From Paragordius varius (Eukaryota; Animalia; Nematomorpha), in NCBI GenBank assembly GCA_964247055.1, contig OZ176051.1, positions 10,354,001 through 10,418,000 on the forward strand: a stretch of 64,000 nucleotides of DNA, read 5' to 3'. Under the pieces are notes generated by a model. The model was given only the letters and a program-made list of their open reading frames with translations, was not told the origin of the DNA and made no database searches. This document shows positions 1-10,853 of the stretch, one piece after another; position 1 is the first letter of the stretch, and every line of letters begins with the position of its first letter. A program made the position numbers and the translations under genes.

Positions 1-12
1 CAATCAAATTTA

Positions 13-75
13 TTAGATAATTGCTTCCATTTTCGTGGGGGTTCCAAGGCATGGTCGGTAACCTTGTAAAGTGTT
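13..75 (-). CDS. Candidate terminal exon 3 of the GPCR (NTLQGYRPCLGTPTKMEAII*)
   Basis: Poly-T plus CATAG acceptor at 77-76, then 21 codons ending in TAA. Phase 0 matches a GTAACG donor at 2124 in GPCR exon 2. No homology support. Confidence 0.4.
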   Translation of the reverse strand, partial: NTLQGYRPCLGTPTKMEAII

Positions 76-174
76 CTATGCCAAAAAAAATATAAAGATT
101 TACTTTTTTAAAAAATGTTTTTTTGAAGTGCTTTGAATATATAAAAAAATAAGGATTTTTTTAAAAACAATTTA

Positions 175-951
175 CCATTTCTCTATCAAAAAAACGTTTT
201 CCCAATTAAAAACATTTTCCCAATCAATAAAAACATTTTTCCAGTCAATAAAAACGGTTTTATTTTTGATGATAAATACCGAAACAAGCTATAAAAATAA
301 TAAGTTTTAACCATTAAGAGAACACTAATAAGGAGATTATATTTTATAAATTCACATGAATGACAATATTTTAATATATGCAATTATACACATTAATGAC
401 TTCTTAAAAGATATATTTAATTAATTGTGTGATATGTTATGATTTGACATATTTTTATACAATTTTTTACAAAGGTAACACTTCTAACGCAACATTTTTC
501 ATTCAAACGAAATTAAAAATATTGCGTTTGTTTAGAAAAATGTTGCTTCAGACTGAAAAATGGTATAAAAATATGTCAAAACCATAAAATACTCATCAAT
601 AAAATATAGCTTTCAATAAGAAGTCACCAATGATTATATATTTGATGACATAAAAAAATGTCATTCAATATTGATTTTATAAAAAATATATCCTTATCAA
701 TGTTCTCTTAGTGGTTACTTATTTTTATACCTTGTGTTGATATTTATCATCGAGAATAAAACCGTTATTGACTTGGAAAATGTTTTTATTGATTGGGGAA
801 ATCGTTTCGATTGACTGAATAATTGTTTTTATTGATTGGGAAAATGTTTTTCTTCGCTGGTAACATGTTTCGATTGAATGAGAAAACGTTTCAATTAATT
901 GGAAAAATGTTACGATTGATTGAGAAAATGTTTTTATTGACTGGGTAATGG
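175..951. repeat. Foldback/MITE-like long imperfect inverted repeat with internal ~20-nt TTTTATTGATTGGGAAAATG-type subrepeats
   Basis: Arms ~175-500 and ~535-951 are reverse complements. Ends are TA|CCATT...AATGG|TA. Confidence 0.7.
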
Positions 952-1350
952 TAAATAAAATTTTACAACAATAATTGGGAATTTTTGTAAATCACCTGCA
1001 AATTAAGTATTTAATGTTTTTCTAATTGGTAAGAACTTGTATGAATATGTAATCATATTGCCCTTAACCCCTTATTATACCTTGTTTTGATTTCTTGTTT
1101 TTGATATTTATCATAAAAATGAAACCGTTTTTATTGATTTGGAAAATGTTTTATTGATTGGGAAAATGTTTTGATTGGGGAATTGGAAAAATGTTACGAT
1201 TGACTGAAAAAATGTTTTTATTGACTGAGTAATGGTAAATAAAATTTTACAACAATAATTGGTAAAATTTGTAAAATCACATGCAAATTAAGGATTTAAT
1301 GTTTTTTTATTGGTAAAAACTTTGTGTAAAAATTTATTCTTATTACCCTT
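720..1350. repeat. Degenerate direct tandem duplication of the right foldback arm plus its flank
   Basis: ~720-1070 is repeated at ~1075-1350, e.g. TAATGGTAAATAAAATTTT...CAACAATAATTGG...GCAAATTAAG occurs twice. Confidence 0.65.
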
Positions 1351-2124
1351 AAACATTTGGTATCAAAGTTTATAAATTTTAATGCATTATATATATTATA
1401 AACGCCTTTGCCTTTATTTATGAAATATTAGTTCTGGAAATACTAGAACCGCTTTAAATATTAAGGAAAGTAATTATTTTTCCTGCGATTTCTTATGTTT
1501 TTACGATTACAACAGTAAAAGTGGGTAGAGGCGAAAAACACTCGTTATTTAATAACCTAATTTTCAATAAAAAATAATATCGAGTATTACTGTTAAGTCC
1601 AATATATCGAAATCTTTTTTTATATATCAAGTAGTAGTTTATTGAGAGTGAGTCAGTCTATCATACCCTTGTTCTGAATCAAAAGTCACTAATTAAAGGA
1701 TTATATATCTACTAAACCTTTAAAAAAGATGTTATTTAAAAAATGGCGCATTAATGATTTGAGCCAATTTTTGATTTACATAAATTAATTAATATGTGCC
1801 GAATTCGAATTGAAAACAGTATTTCTTGATACTTAATAAAAAGTTTTGCAACTAAAGCATAATGTATTTTATTTGAATCCAAAAAAAATCGTGCAAGTCC
1901 CCTTCATACCGTATTTAATAACTTTAAAAACTCATTTTTATGAGTTTGGAACCGTATCCATACAGTTTATTTTTTAAAACGGATCAAAAATTTGATAACA
2001 TTGGTTTTAATTTCATTCATTTCCTTTAATCTCGGTCAAGGGTTAATCAAATACTCCAAAAAAAGTTTAGAAGGATTTAGTTTGTTGCCAATTATTCATG
2101 AAAAAAAAATACATATCTCGTTAC

Positions 2125-2540
2125 TTTAAGATTCGCGCACCATGTTAAGCAAGGATGGTATGTTTCTTGCAATGCCTTCTTCAAATTGTGCCCAAAGTAA
2201 AATATAACTATCACGTTTCCCCACCGATCTATGGACATGAGTAGGTTGGACAGTTCAGTTATGTAATATTTGGTCCAAATACCCGAATACGGGTTTATAA
2301 TCTGAAATATTTCCAGGAAATTTATTATGGTGGTAGGGGCACCTACGATCAAATGTAGCATCATAATCGATATAATCATATGAATGGCTTTACTATTATG
2401 TTCTACGGATGAGGTAGCACCCAAAACTTTGGCTGATTGCTTGGACGCTTTTTGTAAGGCCGTGATTGAAGCCACATATGCTATTACAGCTATAACCACT
2501 GGTATAAGCAAACCTAAAAGAGCAAAAAGTTTGTTAAACA
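2125..2540 (-). CDS. Rhodopsin-like (class A) GPCR, exon 2 (TM5-TM7). May instead run to the stop at 2092.
   Basis: TTTTAG acceptor at 2541, phase matching exon 1 (G|TG = Val). TM5 LLIPVVIAVIAY, TM6 LHLIVGAP, TM7 SNLLMSIDRWGNVIVIFY. Confidence 0.8.
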
Positions 2541-2819
2541 CTAAAAATTATGATATGTTGCTTATTTATATTATCAATTTTACAATATTATTTTCTGGTT
2601 TTGATCCGACCCCGGTACAGGTTAAACGTTAGGTTCCGCTTATTTTTAATATGAGGGTTAACCGATATACATATCTGAAAACAAACGATAATTTATAATC
2701 ATTTATTTTATACTAAAATCGAATATCATTCATTTATAGTTGATAAACTTAACCTAATAAACTGCCTAATTATGCAATATATATTTAAATTTAATACGTT
2801 TTTTTAAATGTTTAAACCA

Positions 2820-3086
2820 TGTAAGGTTGATTTATTCACGTATAGCAGTATGGTATAATAAAATAGAGTTGAGAGATAAAAAGAAAAACCAAATAAAAAA
2901 GTGAGTTGCTATTATATCACAAGTTCTTTTTATGTGTGCATGCCTTATTTGCGTAGACGTTACACAATGGTTATTCTCAACAACAGATAAGCTTTAACAC
3001 GAAATATATATATAATATTCAAATACAAAATAACTGATGCAACATGAATTGAGTGTGTTAACAAAATAGAATATTATAACCTTACA
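2820..3086 (-). repeat. 3' LTR (267 bp)
   Basis: TG...CA ends with a 9-bp terminal inverted repeat. Reads identical to 9286-9552. Confidence 0.97.
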
Positions 3087-3089
3087 TTA

Positions 3090-3099
3090 CTCTCCCCCT
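3090..3099 (-). other. Polypurine tract AGGGGGAGAG
   Basis: Lies 3 nt upstream of the 3' LTR on the minus strand. Confidence 0.9.
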
Positions 3100-3151
3100 A
3101 AGTTAACCACGGGGGCTGTCGTGTTCGTACATTATACCTATAAGTTTAAAC

Positions 3152-5335
3152 CAGTGATACTCAAACCGCGGCCCGCGGGCCGCATGCGGCCCTAAGAGTG
3201 CTTTAAAATTGCCCTATGACCATATTGATACTTGAATCATTTTTTTATTGATGAATTTTTAAAATAAACATAAATGAATTTTTGCTTATTTTAATATCAA
3301 TTTGTTTTCTTTAGATTTTATTTTGGTAATATTTATTTTTTACCCAATTTGAAAGGTAAAAAATTTCCCTACATTAAAATGATTTCAAAATTTAAGCCTA
3401 CGTTGTTTCTGTTTCTGTATTCTATCTTTTCTTATTTTTATTGCCCTCGTTTTTTGTATTTAAGCAAGCCTTCCAACTTATACATATTCTTTTCATTGCT
3501 ATCCTGCATCATTTTTTATCACTCATTCCCATAAAATATTTTTCAAATTAACATCATCAAATTTCGACCTGTTTTTTAGCATAATTCAAATTAAACTCCT
3601 ATTTAAAAAATTACATAATATTTAAACATAAATTCAAAGGATGACATCTAATGCTAAAAAAAGGTAAATTATCCGATGAAAATCGTTCCTTTAATGGGAA
3701 GACAAATTATTTGTCGTTTTACCTGCCTAAATATAATATTGAAAGACATTTTACAATCCATCATTTTCATAAATTACTAGAAAATCATGAGGAAAGAAAC
3801 GAAAAATATAAAAAGATTAAGGAATTATACCAGAAAAAAATTTATTATGTCTATAGCTTTCTCCCAGGAAAAAGCTGTAACATTAGCATCGTATGAAATT
3901 TGATATATTTTAGAAAAAAATATGAATCCGTTTACTGATTCCCAACTAAAGATTGTCTAATAAATGATTGCACTTTTTTAGATAAATTTTATAAAGAAAT
4001 CATGAGGCAAATTAGAAAAAATTTACCTTTCTAATTCAATAAATGCTCGACGCATTGAAGATTTATCTAAATGTATATTTAACAAAAGCTCTGAAAAACT
4101 GCAAATATTCTGGTATTGCTATTGATTCTAGCACTATTAGTTCAACCACTTAATCTGCGCTCTTCGTGAGATATTCCAAAGACAACATAATCTACGAGGA
4201 ATATTCAGAAATTTTACCAATAAATAATAGCAGAAAAACTTAATTTCGCGTGTAAAAGATGAATCACTCAATTCAGTAATTAAAACGGTTGTGCATATAG
4301 TTAATCACATCCGTGGCAGAGAATTCAACCGCCGTAAATTTAAAAACCTTCTGAAAGATATCCACAGTGAGTTTGAAGATGCCAAGCCTTAGCAAAGTAT
4401 TAAATAGATTTTTGGTTTAAGACAAGAAATTCTATTATTTATAAAAGATAACAGATAGTTTGACGAGGAAATTAATAGTGACCAATGGTGGGTTTTTATT
4501 AGCCTATCATTACTTATAAACTAATATTTTTTAGGAAAAATTAATAATGTATAAACAAGATTTTATAAATAAAACACTCCTAATTTTCCAACACTTAAAA
4601 CGATTCATGAAAAAAATATGGAAATTACCGCGGAGATTAATTTAATAATAGTCAATTATAAAATTTTTGTCTAATGAGATGTTCTAATTTCAAGAATTAA
4701 GAAATATTAAAAATTGCAAAAAACTCGTTGAATATCCATGGCATATGGATATATCTAATATTAAGCAACTTGAGCATTTCGGTTTTGATCAGGTGCACGC
4801 ATATCATTGAAGAGTTCGTACATGTTAAAAATGATTCCACTTTAGAGGCTATGTTCAAGGAGAATCGTAGAGAAGAAAGATATGTGGAATTTTGGAAAGA
4901 TGTGCCAAATAAATATGAAAATTTAAAAAAATGTGGTCAAGTTATCCTATTTTCCCTCAACTTACACGTGTAAGACGACATATTCAAAAATGAAGTATGT
5001 CAAGAATACATACAGAAATGCCTTAACCGATCATATGGACGACGTATTAAGATTGGTCTGTCATGAGGCGAAACCAAATTTGTCCAAAATTATTTGTTAA
5101 TATCAAAATAAATGTTGTTCTCAAAATATTTTAATTTTTTATACTAAATGGTGCAAAACGAGTTTTTAGCTGGATTTGCATGCGATCCGCCAAAAATTCA
5201 TTTTACTAATTTAAAGTATAAATGTGTGCATATAGCTCAAATAGCTATGATATATTTGCCATTATAAGGTTCTTGGCCCTCGAAAAAAAATTATATTTTA
5301 TTTGGCCCGTCAAATTTTTTTGGTGAGTACCACTG
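3152..5335 (+). mobile_element. hAT (Buster/Charlie-type) DNA transposon nested in the gypsy element
   Basis: TIRs CAGTGATACTCA / CAGTGGTACTCA (11 of 12 match). Perfect 8-bp TSD GTTTAAAC at 3144-3151 and 5336-5343. Subterminal GCGGCCCGCGGGCCGCATGCGGCCC motif typical of Buster/Charlie elements. Confidence 0.95.
3640..5070 (+). pseudogene. Decayed hAT/Buster (GTF2IRD2-like) transposase
   Basis: Fragments in mixed frames: KLSDENRSF..KYNIERHF, IAIDSST, VIKTVVHIVNHIRGREFNRRKFKNLL, and the hATC motif STYTCKTTYSKMKYVKNTYRNALTD. Many stops, frameshifts and deletions. Confidence 0.85.
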
Positions 5336-8300
5336 GTTTAAACGATCGGGAGGCTGCCGTCTTCTTAGCGGATATCTACGCTCGGGTAGGTCAGAAACCT
5401 CCTTTACCACGTCGGGTGTGGCCTCTACAGGCGTCAGCGATTCTGGGGCTACGTTTTGCCATGAGGTAGCAGGCGTTGGGGCATGGACTATTTGAGATTC
5501 CGAGGTGGGATGGAAGGTGTGTTCGGAGTGGGCCTCGACATGACCCGGGACACTTTCGACGCTGGGATATTTATGCTCTATTAAGGGATTAGTTTCGTAT
5601 GAATTCCCTCCTGACCTACGTCGTAACTGATCTGCATGTTTACGTTTTCGAATCCCTTCCTCATCTTGCACTTCATACGAGAGTAACCCCCTTCTCTCCA
5701 GAATGTGACCTGGCCGCCAGCCTACGGCCATTTCATTTTTAATATAGACAGGATCGTCTTGTTGGAATTCGCGTCTCGGTTCATTTTCGTGCTCTATAAA
5801 TTCGACAGGGGTTGTTTTTACCCAAGAGATAGGATTGTGTACACGCCGTTTTAGGAATATGGCGGAAGGCGTTTCTTTTAGCGAAGAATGCATGCTAGTT
5901 CGATACGAATAAAGGACCGTGTTGATAGCTTCATATGCATGCATTTGTTGGGTCTTAGTAGCGGCGTATTTCGTTTTTAATGTCTTTATTACTCTCTCTA
6001 CTAGACCGTTTGTTTTGGGATGATAGGGTGCTGCACAGATGTGCTTTATATTCATATGATTCAGGAGAGTCGTAAATTCTCTTGAAGTAAAATACGTGGC
6101 GTTATCGGTCACAATTTGGCGGGGAAAACCAAATCGTGCGATGTGTTTCTCCAGGCAATTTAAAACGCTTTGACTCGTTATTGATTTAAGAAGATCTATC
6201 TCTACCCACCGTGAGGCGCTATCGATAGTCACTAACCAATAATATCCGTCCACCGGTCCAGCAACATCTATATGTAACCTTTCCCATGTCAAAGTGTTAA
6301 AATTCCATCGATAGGGAAGATTTTCAGGTGCGTTAGGTCGATAGGTTTGGCAAGCCTCGCACCTTTCCACATAATTCTCTAGATCGGTGTCTAATTCGGG
6401 CCAAAATACCGAACACCGGGCTTGGGCTTTCATTGTTTTTAGCCCGCTGTGTCCCGTATGCAGAAGTTTCAATATCGTTTCCTGCATCGCTTGTGGTATC
6501 ACTAAGCGATCATTCAGGTATAACAGATTATAACAATCCAAGTCATTTTTATGTTTTAAAAAAGGTTTCAGATCTTCGTCGATCCAACTGTTTGTCCTGA
6601 GAGCATTTTTAACTTTTGATAACCGTTGGTCAGTGATCGTTGCCTCTTCGACCACTTTCTTATTTACATCAAGTGTTTTTAGAGCCAAAAATCGTACCTG
6701 CTTGGTCGCCGCGTCATCTTCATCATCTGGTTGGCTATGCTCTATGGGAAGTCTCGACAACGCGTCGGCTAAGTTTTCTTCCCCTTTCTTGTAAAATATT
6801 TCATACTCGTACCCGATGGTCTTCGATATCCACCTGAGCAGTTTGCTATTATTAATGTTGTTGATATCTCTCTTCCGCCCAAATAGTGACACCAGCGGTT
6901 TATGATCTGTATATATCTCGAAAGGTCTTCCATATATAAAGTATTTAAATTTTTCTAGGGCAAACACTATGGCCTTGGCCTCTTTTTCGATCGTGGAATA
7001 ACCCTTTTCTGCTATTGAACAAGTTCGTGACGCGTAAAAAATTGGGCGTTTCTCCTGTGGGGTCTTATGAAACAGTATTGCCCCAAACCCCTTGTTGGAA
7101 GCATCTGTTTCGATCAACAATGGAAAACGGTCGTTAAATGGCATTAAAGCGGGGGGCCTGGTTAGCAAGCTTTTTGCTTTCGCGAATTCACTATCATCTG
7201 CCGGGGTCCACCGCCAAGGTGTATTCTTTCCACTTAACTTGTGTAGGGTTGCTAGGTGTGGGTGACAGTTTGGTATAAACCGCTCATGAAAATTTATTAA
7301 GCCTAAGAACGAACGTAGCTCAGTTTTGTTTGTAGGTGTCGGACAATTTTTAATGGCCTCTAATTTTTCATTGGACGGCTCAATACCTTGGTCAGAAATC
7401 ACGTACCCCATGTATTTGACTCGTGAGATACCAATTTGCAATTTGTCTCGGCGCAATCGTAATCCCGCCTCTTGTAACCTTCTAAATACTTCCCTTAATC
7501 TTTGATCATGTTCCTCCCTGGTAGCTCCGGAAATTAAGACATCATCCAGGTACACACAAATACCAGGTATGTCCTTTAAAAGATTGTCCATGCATCTTTG
7601 AAAGATCATAGGTGCTGAAGTTAATCCGAATGGAAGTCGCTGGTAAGCATAAAACCCTTTGTGAGTTGTGATGGTCACTAGCGTCTGTGACGCCCGGTCT
7701 ATCGGAAATTGTAAGTAAGCATCTTTCAGGTCTAAAGTGGAAAAAATTATCCCATTTGCCACTTTGGTGGCCAACTCGTCAAAAGTAGGTATCAGATGAG
7801 AATCTTTTGCTAAATAACGGTTGATACTAATTCGGAAATCGGCACAAATCCTAATTTCTCCATTTACTTTAACTATATTTACTGTGGGAGAGGCCCATGT
7901 TATTGGGGTTTGGGTCGGATCGATAGGTCGGAGTATTTTGAGTTTAACTAATCTATCAATTTCATTTTCTACTAAAGGTTTTAGAGTTAAAGGTACCCTA
8001 CGACAAGGAAAAACTTTAGGTTTGGCCCCGGGGTCGATAAATAATTTTATTGGGGGCCCCTTGAAAGTACCTAACTCGTCTGAAAACAATTTGTCAAAAT
8101 AATCAAATAACATTTTATTATTAGGTGCTTGCGTATGTAAAACTGAAAAAACATTTTTTGGTAATTCTAACCGAAACGCCCGCATCCAATTCATCCCGAA
8201 CACGGCTGGCGGGTTAGTTTGCGTCACCACGCAGGGCAGGCACTTCTCCTCTTCGTTCAAAACCACTGAAATCATCGATTTTCCGAGTACTTCTATCGGG

Positions 8301-9265
8301 CCATCATTGTAGGTTCGCAAATTTGGAGCTGGGAGCAAACGAGGTCGACCAATATTTACCCAAGTGCGCTTGCCAATAACGGATACCTCGGCGCCCGTAT
8401 CGTAGATAAACGTTGTTGGTATATTATTTATTAATACCTGAATCCGGGGGGTGTTGTTCGGGCTAGTCATGGTGCGGATTGACGGCCGTCGGAACGTTGC
8501 CTTGCATACTGTGCTGAAATGATTCCATTTGTCGCAATTGAAACACCGTTTTCCTTTTGCCGGACAGGTGGCGGAACCATGTCGATACCCACAATTACTA
8601 CATAGCTTTCGGATTATTTGATTGATTGTATTATTATCATTAACAACTGGTTGGATACTTGAAGAAAGTTCACTGGTATTATTATTGTTCATATCATTAT
8701 TATCTCTGATGTTGTGAACCTTTTTATCTTCTAATTCATAGGAATAAGCGATGTCTACAATCGCTTGAAGGGTTACCGGACCCCCGTCCTTTTTGCCATC
8801 TGGATATTTGGATTGAATTTCGCGTTCTACTCTGGGATTTTCAAGACCTACCAGGAATAAATCGCGTAATTTTGACTGAATATCCCCTTCAAATTTCCCG
8901 GCTTCACACTTTGCTTTCAGACGTTCCAGGAAATCCATGACTGATTCATCTGGCATTTTTTTTAATCGGTAGAATTCAACTCGATTTAACCATAGGCTGC
9001 TGATTGGTGAATATATCTGAGTGGCCAAGGTTGCAATTTCCTCCCATTCCATGTCATCTATGAGTTTTGGAAATGCTAACGTTTCAATTTTCATTATTAC
9101 TTGAATACCGCCGAAAGCGAGAAAAGTGCGTTTCATTGTGGTGTCATTGGATTCGATATTTTTGGAATTTAAGACTCTCCTGATGTGACGTATATATTGC
9201 GTAAAATTCATCGGTTCCTTAAAAGGCTCCAAAATCAGTTTTGAAATGTCCAACGCTTGGCTCAT
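5291..9265 (-). CDS. Gag-Pol polyprotein, 1324 aa (gag, two Zn knuckles, protease, RT, RNase H, integrase)
   Basis: CSNCGYRH..C and CFNCDKWNHFSTVC knuckles, DTG protease, YLDD RT, TDAS RNase H, HHCC zinc finger and D-D-E integrase (HIDVAGP, TDNA, VERVI). The last 14 aa derive from the hAT TIR. Confidence 0.97.
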   Translation of the reverse strand: MSQALDISKLILEPFKEPMNFTQYIRHIRRVLNSKNIESNDTTMKRTFLAFGGIQVIMKIETLAFPKLIDDMEWEEIATLATQIYSPISSLWLNRVEFYRLKKMPDESVMDFLERLKAKCEAGKFEGDIQSKLRDLFLVGLENPRVEREIQSKYPDGKKDGGPVTLQAIVDIAYSYELEDKKVHNIRDNNDMNNNNTSELSSSIQPVVNDNNTINQIIRKLCSNCGYRHGSATCPAKGKRCFNCDKWNHFSTVCKATFRRPSIRTMTSPNNTPRIQVLINNIPTTFIYDTGAEVSVIGKRTWVNIGRPRLLPAPNLRTYNDGPIEVLGKSMISVVLNEEEKCLPCVVTQTNPPAVFGMNWMRAFRLELPKNVFSVLHTQAPNNKMLFDYFDKLFSDELGTFKGPPIKLFIDPGAKPKVFPCRRVPLTLKPLVENEIDRLVKLKILRPIDPTQTPITWASPTVNIVKVNGEIRICADFRISINRYLAKDSHLIPTFDELATKVANGIIFSTLDLKDAYLQFPIDRASQTLVTITTHKGFYAYQRLPFGLTSAPMIFQRCMDNLLKDIPGICVYLDDVLISGATREEHDQRLREVFRRLQEAGLRLRRDKLQIGISRVKYMGYVISDQGIEPSNEKLEAIKNCPTPTNKTELRSFLGLINFHERFIPNCHPHLATLHKLSGKNTPWRWTPADDSEFAKAKSLLTRPPALMPFNDRFPLLIETDASNKGFGAILFHKTPQEKRPIFYASRTCSIAEKGYSTIEKEAKAIVFALEKFKYFIYGRPFEIYTDHKPLVSLFGRKRDINNINNSKLLRWISKTIGYEYEIFYKKGEENLADALSRLPIEHSQPDDEDDAATKQVRFLALKTLDVNKKVVEEATITDQRLSKVKNALRTNSWIDEDLKPFLKHKNDLDCYNLLYLNDRLVIPQAMQETILKLLHTGHSGLKTMKAQARCSVFWPELDTDLENYVERCEACQTYRPNAPENLPYRWNFNTLTWERLHIDVAGPVDGYYWLVTIDSASRWVEIDLLKSITSQSVLNCLEKHIARFGFPRQIVTDNATYFTSREFTTLLNHMNIKHICAAPYHPKTNGLVERVIKTLKTKYAATKTQQMHAYEAINTVLYSYRTSMHSSLKETPSAIFLKRRVHNPISWVKTTPVEFIEHENEPRREFQQDDPVYIKNEMAVGWRPGHILERRGLLSYEVQDEEGIRKRKHADQLRRRSGGNSYETNPLIEHKYPSVESVPGHVEAHSEHTFHPTSESQIVHAPTPATSWQNVAPESLTPVEATPDVVKEVSDLPERRYPLRRRQPPDRLNQWYSPKKFDGPNKI

Positions 9266-9273
9266 TGAAAGAA

Positions 9274-9283
9274 CACGGCACCA
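9274..9283 (-). other. Primer-binding site TGGTGCCGTG (complementary to the tRNA-His 3' end)
   Basis: Lies 2 nt after the 5' LTR. Complement of CACGGCA-CCA, the conserved 3' end of eukaryotic tRNA-His(GUG). Confidence 0.8.
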
Positions 9284-9285
9284 AA

Positions 9286-9552
9286 TGTAAGGTTGATTTA
9301 TTCACGTATAGCAGTATGGTATAATAAAATAGAGTTGAGAGATAAAAAGAAAAACCAAATAAAAAAGTGAGTTGCTATTATATCACAAGTTCTTTTTATG
9401 TGTGCATGCCTTATTTGCGTAGACGTTACACAATGGTTATTCTCAACAACAGATAAGCTTTAACACGAAATATATATATAATATTCAAATACAAAATAAC
9501 TGATGCAACATGAATTGAGTGTGTTAACAAAATAGAATATTATAACCTTACA
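9286..9552 (-). repeat. 5' LTR (267 bp)
   Basis: Direct repeat of 2820-3086, followed by the TSD AACCA. Confidence 0.97.
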
Positions 9553-9934
9553 AACCATATCAGGGATATAGCAGGCATATATTATGGTCTTATTTATATC
9601 GCGTGATTTTTTTGACGTACAAATTAGTAGCTTTCCTGTTCAAAATTATTATTTGACAAAATAAACAAATCCACAGAATTGCATGTTAAATTATGAGAAA
9701 TGGCTGTATGCGTGACTAGTTGTATATTAAACAATTTTCGATTATAACTATAAATTCAAAAATAAATAAGAATACTAACGCTCCTAACCGGATTAATTTT
9801 ATCGATGGGGTGAATGCATTAAAATTTGGTGAACTTGAAAACACAAATCCTATTAAATTTTATGGGATAAGTATCATTTCTGTAAGTTTAAAAAGCATTT
9901 TTTTATATTTAAATTGGTATTTTCTAAAACATAC

Positions 9935-10853
9935 CAAACAAAGTGGTATAGATAAGAATTATAGTGTTCCATTCATGGCCCATGAATTTTTCATGTAAGG
10001 AACAATGCGTTTTAACCATAATTATGATTAATGGAATGGTCGATAGCACAGTCAAAGAAAATAGGAGTATAATTTTTTCATAAGTTCGCCAAAATTGGGA
10101 TTTGTCTAACCAAAGCGTTTGATAACACCCTTTTTGAGACTTTCTCACCATCTTGATGATTGTTTTGATTGGGTGTTTACGAAATGAGAAAGTGAATTTC
10201 GTATTACTATTTATGCCACTTACAGCTCTGTACCGGTTAAGTGCTAAGGCAGTTATGGCATATGCACTGGCAAATCCACAGTATCCGCTAAAAAATGTGA
10301 AAAAAGTTTGAACCCTACAGGTGTAAGCAATTTCTCCCGTGTGACTCTTTGCCGCAAAAAATATGGTGGGATAATTGAAGATGACGTATAAGGGTAGACA
10401 AATGGCCCCTACCAAAAAATCAGCGCTACTCAGAAAAACTATATACATATTCATATTTCTAACATCCTTTGACAATGTTCGGCGTACTGGAATAGGCGGG
10501 GATGGTGTAAAAATGCGTGAACGAGGCGAATCACTCTGACTGACCAAAGATGTAGGACTCAGGGTGGTAAAAGAAGTTGTCATAGATCTCAAGGAGTCAT
10601 CAGCTAGCAGTTTAGGATCATTGTGCCTACGATACAATACCTTGAGCAAGATAACATGGATTAGGATGAAATTACTGATAATGATTGCCGCAATATTTAT
10701 CATATAAAGTAGGATCCATACGATAGAAACTGTAGAATGGTCATTTGTTAGATATGTACTTATTGTAGGATTTTCACTAAAATTTAAATATGGAGAATGA
10801 TTTAATATAGGAGGAAAGGATGCGAGTGTAAAATTGGTTGACATTGTAGCCAC
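9935..10853 (-). CDS. Rhodopsin-like (class A) GPCR, exon 1 (N-terminus to start of TM5)
   Basis: N-glycosylation sequons in the N-terminus, TM1 IIISN, TM2 LSSADFL, TM3 Cys...ALALNRY, TM4 with P. GTATGT donor at 9934, phase 1 (919 nt). Confidence 0.85.

Larger units (their letters stand above)
2820..9552 (-). mobile_element. Full-length Ty3/gypsy LTR retrotransposon (Mag/K02A2.6-like) in GPCR intron 1
   Basis: Two apparently identical 267-bp LTRs (TGTAAGGTT...AACCTTACA). 5-bp TSD AACCA at 2815-2819 and 9553-9557. PBS, PPT and a single gag-pol ORF are present. Confidence 0.97.

Noticed and set aside
6640-8102. Plus-strand ORFs 6640-6837 and 7821-8102
   Set aside because: Antisense shadows of gag-pol with no independent features.
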